This document shows positions 9,774 to 17,266 of a DNA stretch of 17,266 nt, one piece after another. The notes below the pieces were generated by a model. The model had not been told where the DNA came from, ran no database searches, and saw only the letters and a list, made by a program, of their open reading frames with translations. The DNA is from Octopus sinensis (Eukaryota). The translations under genes were made by a program, and so were the position numbers. The stretch spans positions 1 through 17,266 of the forward strand of contig NW_021824887.1 in the NCBI RefSeq assembly GCF_006345805.1, written 5' to 3'. Each line of letters opens with the position of its first letter. Within the stretch, counting starts at the first letter, position 1.

Positions 9774-10958
9774 ACCTTGTATGTGGATGTTACAAGGGGA
9801 CGTTGGTTATTCAGTAACATCACCCGAACGGAGTTCTCAGAAGCCACGTTTTCGTATTCAGCGACTGAAAGGATGAATAGTACAACCGCATAAAGCACAA
9901 GGGTTAGGAGTGGAAGTCGATCGTACTGAGAATTTCGACTGGTTGGGATTAGTTGTTTAACCAGGTCGAAGGACGACGATGATCACATTACTATTAGTAA
10001 TGTGAACTTCGTCAAGATGACGTAAAATATTTCAATATTTCAAAAATAGTTAACTTAATACTTCAAGTGTAGTTGAAACAACGAAAGCCTTTTCTGTACC
10101 CTCAGACAAATAGTTCACTTACGAAATATCAGATTCTTATTTTCTCTCCATGACGTATAAATTTACCTAAACTCACGAAGATCTCCGTTGAATTATTGTG
10201 AAGGCAGACGACATCTTGTGGCCACGGTAGTCAACTTTTCCTCTTTATGCCATATTGCTTAATAATGTGTTGTAGTTTTTATCCAGGTTAGTCTCAGTAG
10301 AGAAAGATTATAAAGTTCGACATTCCTTCGATATAAACAAGCTACAAATCTGAAGCGTTCTTCATTTTAAGACGATAATGTTTGATTTGGGGAAGATTTT
10401 GACCGCTGTTTTCCAGAAAATCGAGCAAGCACAAAATGGTTATCTCTCCGTAGAAAAGTACACTGTAGATTCGTATTGTATTTAATACCGAATATTGGTG
10501 TGGTGCTAAAAATTTCAACAATTCAAGTGCTTGTTCATACTTTTACACGAAATCCTACAAATTGTATTACATTAGTAGTTATTATTGTCAATGGTGTAGA
10601 TCTGTGAATATGTTTGTAAATACCCTCACTCCTTCTCCCTCCATTTATCATCTCATTCCTTCGCATATGTGTGTGTACGCGCGCATGTATACACACACAT
10701 ATATGCATACGTACATACATACATTCACACACATATGTATGTTTGTATGAAAACACCCGGAGTTCATATACTTTTTGGTCGTCTTAACCTCTCTTCTACC
10801 ACAAGTTTTATAGCTGATTGCATTGGAAAGGGGGATTCCGTGCTGTGCAGCACTTTAGCCACTCAACACAACTCCACGCACAGGAATTTCTGGGACACTC
10901 GAAACGTTTGCATGGTCTCACTGAACTTAGGAACTGGTTTTATTCGGTAACGAATTGA

Positions 10959-11245
<287 letters not shown>

Positions 11246-11414
11246 ATCTAATTATTAATTTTCATTGTCCAATATACTTAAGAGGGTCATGTGGGGAGAG
11301 TTCTGATGCCCATCCTCCATATGTATGCCTGTATGTGTGTATATATCTATGTGTATATTATATCATAAAGAATGTTATATATACATATTTACGTAAGTGT
11401 CTCGCTGTCTATAT

Positions 11415-11634
11415 GGCAGAATCGTTAGCACGTCGGGCGAAATCTGTAGCCGTATTTCGTCTGCTGCTACGTTCTGAGTTCAAATTCCGCCGAGGTCGGT
11501 TTTGGCTTTCATCCTTTCGGGGTCGATTAAATAAGTACCAGTAACGCACTGGGGTCGATGTAGTCGACTTAATCCGTTTGTCTGTCCTTGTGTGTTCCCT
11601 CTGTGTTTAACCCCTTGTGGGTAGTAAAGAAATA
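11415..11634 (+). mobile_element. Stand-alone family-2 SINE with tail A
   Basis: ggcagaatcgttagcacgtcgggcgaaat...gagttcaaattccgccgaggtc...ccccttgtgggtagtaaagaaata, followed directly by a TA/TG microsatellite. Confidence 0.92.
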
Positions 11635-11702
11635 TATATGTGTGTGTGTGTGTATAGATAGGTAGAGAGATAGAGAGAGAGAGAGAGAGACAGATAGATA
11701 GA

Positions 11703-12061
11703 TATGTTTCTTTGTTAGCCACACAGGGCTGCACACAGACAGAACAAATTACAAGGTAGAGCTTTTCTTTTGGGGTAAAAAAGAGGGGGTGGTTTTCGAT
11801 CAAAAGGGATCGTAAAAGGAAAGAAAGAGGATTAAAAAAGGAGAGGATTTTAAAAAAAAGAGGGGGAGAGGGAAAAAAAAGAAAAGGGGAGAGGGAAAAA
11901 AAAGGAAAGGGGAGAGGAAAAAGAAAAAAAAAAGGTTGATCAATTGGGATCGTAATCACAGAAATGTCAATATGAAGTGTAAAGGGGAGGACAGGTGAGG
12001 TCTACCCGTGGAAAGAAAAGCCTACGGAAAAGACCACGGTAACCTCGGTCAATGAAGTCAC
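11703..12061 (-). mobile_element. Probable LINE (L1/Tx1-like) 3' UTR fragment lying within a (GATA)n tract
   Basis: The minus strand has a long pyrimidine-rich tract and ends ccttgtaatttgttctgtctgtgtgcagccctgtgtggctaacaaagaaaca, which aligns with SINE tail A and more loosely with 16414-16467. GATA repeats flank both sides (11692-11702, 12062-12092). No coding part is present, so the clade is inferred. Confidence 0.55.
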
Positions 12062-12093
<32 letters not shown>

Positions 12094-12204
12094 CGTATGC
12101 AATCGTCACTTTCAGCCTGTTCCCTTTCCTTAATTTCACCATTCAATTCCAAATCTCTCTTTGTTACACACAAGTACGTTACATTCTTTCAGAATTTCTA
12201 TGTA

Positions 12205-12385
12205 TCACACAGACACACGTACACACGTACACACGCATGCATATACACAAATACACACACGAACACGCACACACACACACGCACACACACACGCATATAC
12301 TTACCCACATGCACACACATGGACACATGCCCGCCGACACATGCACGTATAGGCACACACACACACACACACACATACATACACA
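12205..12385. repeat. Degenerate (AC)n microsatellite
   Basis: Directly visible. Confidence 0.88.
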
Positions 12386-12519
12386 TGAAGGAATGTGCTA
12401 GAAACATCAGTCAAATCTCGCTCCCGTTATTTCAAACTATCATAAATACCCTGGATGCTGCTGTGGACGATACATATCCAAAAAGGCAGGATGGTCATCG
12501 AAGAAACGCCCCAATGCCG

Positions 12520-13450
12520 AGTCGCTGGCAGAATCGTTAGCACGCCGGACAAAATATTTACCGACATTTCTTTCGCATTTACGTTCTGGTTTCAAATTCC
12601 ACCGAAGTCAACTTTGCCTTTTATCGTTTCGGGGGGTCGATAAATTAAGTACCAGTCATGAACTGAGGTCGATGTTCGAGTATCCCTCTCCCCACAAATT
12701 CCAGTCGCTGGCAGAATCGTTAGCACGCCAGACAAAATATTTACCGACATTTCTTTCGCATTTACGTTCTGGTTTCAAATTCCACCGAAGTCAACTTTGC
12801 CTTTTATCGTTTCGGGGGGTCGATAAATTAAGTACCAGTCATGAACTGAGGTCGATGTTCGAGTATCCCTCTCCCCACAAATTCAGTGCTGCAGAATCGT
12901 TAGCACGCCAGACAAAATATTTACCGACATTTCTTTCGCATTTAACGTTCGGTTTCAATTCACCGAATCGTAGTCAACTTTCGGTCAATCCTTTCGTTGG
13001 GGTCGGTAAATTAAGTACCAGTCATGAACTGAGGTCGATGTTCGAGTATCCCTCTCCACCCAATCCAGTCGCTGGCAGAATCGTTAGCACGCCAGACAAA
13101 TTTACCGACAGTTCTTTCGCATTCCGTTCTGGTTTCAAATTCGCCGAAGTCAACTTGCCTTTTATCGTTTCGGGGGGTCGATCATTAAGTACCAGTCATG
13201 AACTGAGGTCGATGTTCGAGTATCCCTCTCCCCACAAATCCAGTTCGCTGGCAGAATCGTTAGCACGCCAACAAATATTACCGATTTTGACATTTCTTTC
13301 GCATTTACGTTCTGGTTTCAAATCCACCGAAGTCACTTTGCCTTATCGTTTCGGGGTCGATAAATTAAGTACCAGTCATGAACTGAGGTCGATGTTCGAG
13401 TATCCCTCTCCCCACAAATTCCAGGCCTTGCGCCTATAATAGAAAGGATT
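12520..13450 (+). repeat. Tandem array of five SINE-body units (183/182/182/175/181 bp) with a single tail B (13423-13450)
   Basis: Units begin with agtcgctggcagaatcgttagcacgcc (or close variants) at 12520, 12703, 12885, 13067 and 13242. Each contains ggtttcaaattcc-like, aagtaccagtcatgaactgaggtcgatgttcgagtatccctctcc blocks. Only the last unit continues into aggccttgcgcctataatagaaaggatt. Confidence 0.95.
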
Positions 13451-13815
13451 TTAATACTCCCCTAAAATTAACACAATAACGACACACTTACACACAGTTC
13501 CATCAACCCGCTGGCTAACGCTCTTATGTAAGTATGGAACACTCACGCTTTCAAACTTAGTTTTTCCTCCTCTCTCTATCTTGGTCTGCCGTACAACAAG
13601 CTCATTCATTCATTCATTTATTATCTCTCTCTATCTCGCAGACGAGCGCGCCTTTTCAAATATTGTTTGTCTGTCTATCTCTCTCTATTTAAACTCCTCT
13701 CTCTCTTTCACGATCTCTCTCTCTCTCCTACACTTAACTTCATTCATTGTTCTGAGGACCAGCGTGCTTCCATACATACCATCACATCCTCTCTCAGTTT
13801 TTTAGCAGACGTTAA

Positions 13816-13816
<1 letters not shown>

Positions 13817-13907
<91 letters not shown>

Positions 13908-14143
13908 GTCTGTCTATCTGTCTATCTATCTATTTTTCTTCTTTCTATCGCCATATTTTGCTCTCTTTCTCTTTTTCTATCGCCCCAACTTCTCTCTCTC
14001 TCTCTCTCTCGCTCGCTCGCTTTTCCTCACTTCCGCTCTCTGTCTATCTACTCAACCATCTCTATCTATCGCTGTATTTATTCTCCATTCTCTCTCCTTC
14101 CTTTCTCCCTCTCTCCTTCTTCACTTTTCTTTTCTTCCTCTCC

Positions 14144-14203
<60 letters not shown>

Positions 14204-14204
14204 T

Positions 14205-14239
<35 letters not shown>

Positions 14240-14254
14240 ATCTATCTATCTTTT

Positions 14255-14311
<57 letters not shown>

Positions 14312-14312
14312 A
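13817..14312. repeat. Pyrimidine-rich field of (TCTA)n, (TCTG)n and (TC)n microsatellites
   Basis: Directly visible; it explains the YLSI-repeat ORF. Confidence 0.9.
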
Positions 14313-14370
14313 CCCTCCCTTCTCGTTGGTTTCTCTGCCAAAATTCCACATTCATTTCATGCCTCTCGTA

Positions 14371-14752
14371 ACTGCTGCTGCTGCTACTTGTGCAACGGGT
14401 GCAACGGGTGTTGTTTCTGCAGCTACAAATGTTGTTTTAACTGATGTTATTGTTGTTTCTGCTGTCGCTGCCGCTGCTGCTGCTGTCGCTACTACTACTA
14501 CTACTACTACTACTACTATACTACTACTACTACTACTACTACTACTACCACTACCACCACCACCACCACACTACTACTACTACTACTGCTACTACTACTA
14601 CTACTACTGATGATGATGATTTTGCTGCTGATACTCCTGCTGCTACTGCTGCTACTGCTGCTGCTGCTGCTACTGCTACTGCTACTACTACTACTGATGC
14701 TGCTGCTGCTGCTACTACTGCTGCTGCTGTCGTCGTAGTCGTCGTCGTCATC
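14371..14752. repeat. Compound trinucleotide repeat field (CTG, CTA, CCA, ATG, GTC)
   Basis: Successive triplet runs; they explain the poly-A/T/L/Y/S/V ORFs. Confidence 0.92.
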
Positions 14753-14835
14753 CGCTAGTGCTCGCATCAATTCCTAAATTTAAAATCCGTTTAAAGGAAT
14801 CGGAGAATATAGAGAAATCATACATTCGGAAAACT

Positions 14836-15130
14836 ATTGTTGTTGCTGTTGTTGTAGTGGTGGTGATGGTGGTAAGGGAGGTGGTGGTGGCGTTGGTGGC
14901 GGTGAGTTGTAGTAATGGTGGTGGTTACGATGGTAATTGTATTATTGTGGTGGCTGTTGTCGGTGGTTGTGATGATGATAGTGGTGTTATAGTAGGGAGT
15001 GGCGGCAGCAACGGTCGTGGTGGTGCCGGTGGTGGTATCAAAGTGGTGATGGTGGTGGTGGTAGTGATGGTGGTGGTTGTATTGTCAGCAAGAAGTCATG
15101 TGGCTGGTGATAGTCATAAGTGGTGTTGAT
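14836..15130. repeat. Degenerate (GGT/GTT/GAT)n triplet field
   Basis: Directly visible. Confidence 0.85.
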
Positions 15131-15254
15131 GGTATGTTTGCGCTGATTGATACTCCGAGTAATTCTGTCGCTGGGTCTTGTGTGCGTCTGTATCGGCGAT
15201 GGATTACAGAGGTTGAAGTGTTTGTGAATCATTATCGTCATTGTCAGCACCTAT

Positions 15255-16467
15255 GTTATTTCTGATCAAGAAGACCTAAGCTCAAAGAAGTCCAGCCATA
15301 ACCATCCAGTCTAGGCAGTTTAGACATGCCGTGACTTCTTATGCGCAGACAACATGAGCTCAGGTTGCGACATCTGCAACGATTTCTAGACGGCGAGCGT
15401 GTGTGGGCTCCGTTTGTGAGACACGTCTTTCCGCAGTTCGTCCCCTTGACCCCTTGAAGGAGCTGTAGTCCTAGATGAAGGAAAGACCGAGACTAGGTGC
15501 GTGGTACCTATCAGTCGAGCAATGAGATCGGAGGATGTTCCACTTTAGCAATATAGAGAGAATTAGTAGCGAGGACAGGGGACGGGACGACGTTCTCAGG
15601 GACGTTGATGAAAACGAAGCGGCTAGTCTGTTCAGGAAGACTGTCCAGTTGGAGGCTTGTATGTATAATTTCCAGATGTCTTTCGCTTGGTAGTGTTATA
15701 AGGGGGGAACTACCGGTTTGAGATAAACTCTACAGGAATGGATGTGCTGCTAGACAGGCTTTTCGAGGTGTACACATCTACCAAACCGTTCTGCACGCAT
15801 TCGTTCAGTGTCCGGACATTGCTGATTTGTGGGGTTACATCTCGTGTGGGACGGACGAATCAGTCTATCATCTGCCGAGTCCATAGTGATGATCGCGCCG
15901 CCACCCCGGATTAATCGGGCAGGTAAGGCAGTTTTCCTTTGTCTGTTGGCTGTGGTGAAAGAGGTTGACTACTGGACGAAGTTGTAAGGCATCAAGTCAG
16001 AGACATTCCTCTTTGGCCAAGCTCTTATCGACTTTTTCAAGTTTCCCTTGAAAAGGAATGTGAGAGTGGAGAGGAAGGCGCTATCGTCAAGTGAATTTAT
16101 TGAAAGGTAGGTGAAAGTTGCGAAATTTGCAAGAGTGGATGGTACCGCTCTAAATATAGACTTGTGAGACGGAGAAAATGAACTGGTGAGGGAAGTTGCC
16201 CTGGGTGTTCAACGAGATCTTTAACGATGGAGTTGCCCGATTATTCGTCGAAGTCCTCCTGCATCGTCCATTTCCCCACTTTTATTCTTTCTTACTGTCC
16301 TATACTATATATGCTTCCATGCTTTGTTTTATTGTATACCGTGTATACTTTCTATCTAGATATATCATTCTTTTATTTTTTTATCTTTATCTTTATCATA
16401 TCAATATTTTATATCTGTCTTTGAATTGTCACTCTCATCCTTTACATGGTGACAAATAAAAGAAATC
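15255..16467 (+). mobile_element. Decayed, 5'-truncated L1/Tx1-type LINE: ORF2 C-terminus plus 3' UTR
   Basis: Broken frames give GSLDMP*LLMRRQHELRLRHLQRFLDGERVWAPFVRHVFP (GGLGMP-like), then QTVLHAFVQCPDIADLWGY (the H..C half of the C-terminal CCHC knuckle), then GKAVFLCLLAVVKEVDYWTKL*...FIER*VKVAKFARVDGTALNIDL* with the stop at 16165-16167. A T-rich UTR follows, with AATAAA at 16455-16460. The 5' boundary is approximate. Confidence 0.82.
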
Positions 16468-16520
16468 GTCGTCGTCGTCGTCATCATCATCATCATCATT
16501 ATTCCTGTTATTATGGTTTA

Positions 16521-16747
16521 GGCGACGTCTATTTAGGCAGCATCGTTATCATACCACACGAAATTATTAGCGGCATTTCTTCCGACTATGTGTTCTGAGT
16601 TCAAATATCGTTAAGGCCGACTTTGCCTTTTATCCTTTCGGATAGATTAAATCAAGCCCCTGTTGAGCACTGGAGTCGATGTAATCGACGAGTCACCTCT
16701 CCTAAAATATTTCGAGCCTCGTGCCTATTGTAGAAATGATTATTATT
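16521..16747 (+). mobile_element. Old family-2 SINE copy with tail B
   Basis: ggcagcatcgttatcatacc...tagcggcatttcttc...gagttcaaat...ccgactttgccttttatcctttcgg...gatgtaatcgac...gagcctcgtgcctattgtagaaatgattattatt. Confidence 0.85.
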
Positions 16748-17266
16748 GTTTTCTTTCTTCTGTCTTTTTTTCTTCTTCTTCTTCTTCTTCTGCTTTTGCA
16801 TATACAGCAGCACCAGAAAGTTCGATAAGTGTATACTTATGCTTAAAGTTAAAAGGGGGGAATTTGAAAGGAATTTGGTTTCACATCTTGCGGATGTACA
16901 GGTTGTACATAGTAATGATGACGGTGGCATTTATAGAGATGATATTTGCTCTGATTCTGCAGGTCTAGGATTTAAAGTATTTCTGGCTGCAACCATGGCA
17001 TTATATTTGTATTTACGCCATTTCTTAAAGAAGCTGAGTGAGAAAGATTTAGCTACTATATCTAGAAGATGGAGTAATCATACAGAACCTCCATAACTGG
17101 GCTTGTGGTAACTATCGTTTAAAAAGATGCTGAGAGTGGAGAAGTAATAAAGAAAAGGGAAAGAGAAAAGAGAAAGAGAGAAAGAGAGAGAGAGGGTGAA
17201 AAAGAGTAAAAGTAGGAAAGGAAGTGTGGGTGGGATGCCTTAGCGTGGTCCCAGTCAAAATAACTG

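Noticed and set aside
9850-10440. Faint SINE-like fragments (tcagcgactgaaaggatgaa; tttggggaagattttgaccgctg)
   Set aside because: The matches are too short and degenerate to set boundaries.
12520-13422. CRISPR-like or tRNA-gene array interpretation of the tandem units
   Set aside because: There are no unique spacers, the whole ~180-bp unit repeats, the unit is a SINE body with an altered B box and no tRNA cloverleaf, and the context is eukaryotic.
13667-14371. 234-aa ORF
   Set aside because: It is a read-through of (TCTA)n/(TC)n pyrimidine tracts.
14254-15129. Poly-Ala/Thr/Leu/Ser/Val ORFs as a mucin-like or low-complexity protein
   Set aside because: They are open in several frames on both strands purely because of triplet repeats, with no unique coding flanks.

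Overview
Repeat-dense eukaryotic non-coding DNA (intergenic or intronic), most likely from an octopus or other cephalopod. That assignment rests on my recollection of the SINE families, not on a database search. I find no credible host protein-coding gene: almost all listed ORFs are microsatellite read-throughs. The window holds a MITE with ~124-bp TIRs and an 8-bp TSD (799-1172), several copies of a CORE-like tRNA SINE, and several copies of a second tRNA SINE whose one body carries two alternative 3' tails. It also holds a third tRNA SINE, a 5'-truncated RTE LINE with TSD (9247-9773), a decayed L1/Tx1-type LINE 3' end (~15255-16467) and a probable second LINE 3' UTR (11703-12061). Three observations stand out. 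First, a five-unit, ~180-bp head-to-tail array is built from one SINE body (12520-13422), and a 255-codon frame stays open across it. Second, two independent loci have a headless SINE unit at exactly the same internal position of another SINE copy. Third, that unit's tail matches the 3' ends of the LINE fragments in this window. Together these suggest (inference) a Tx1-dependent SINE that inserts into its own family.
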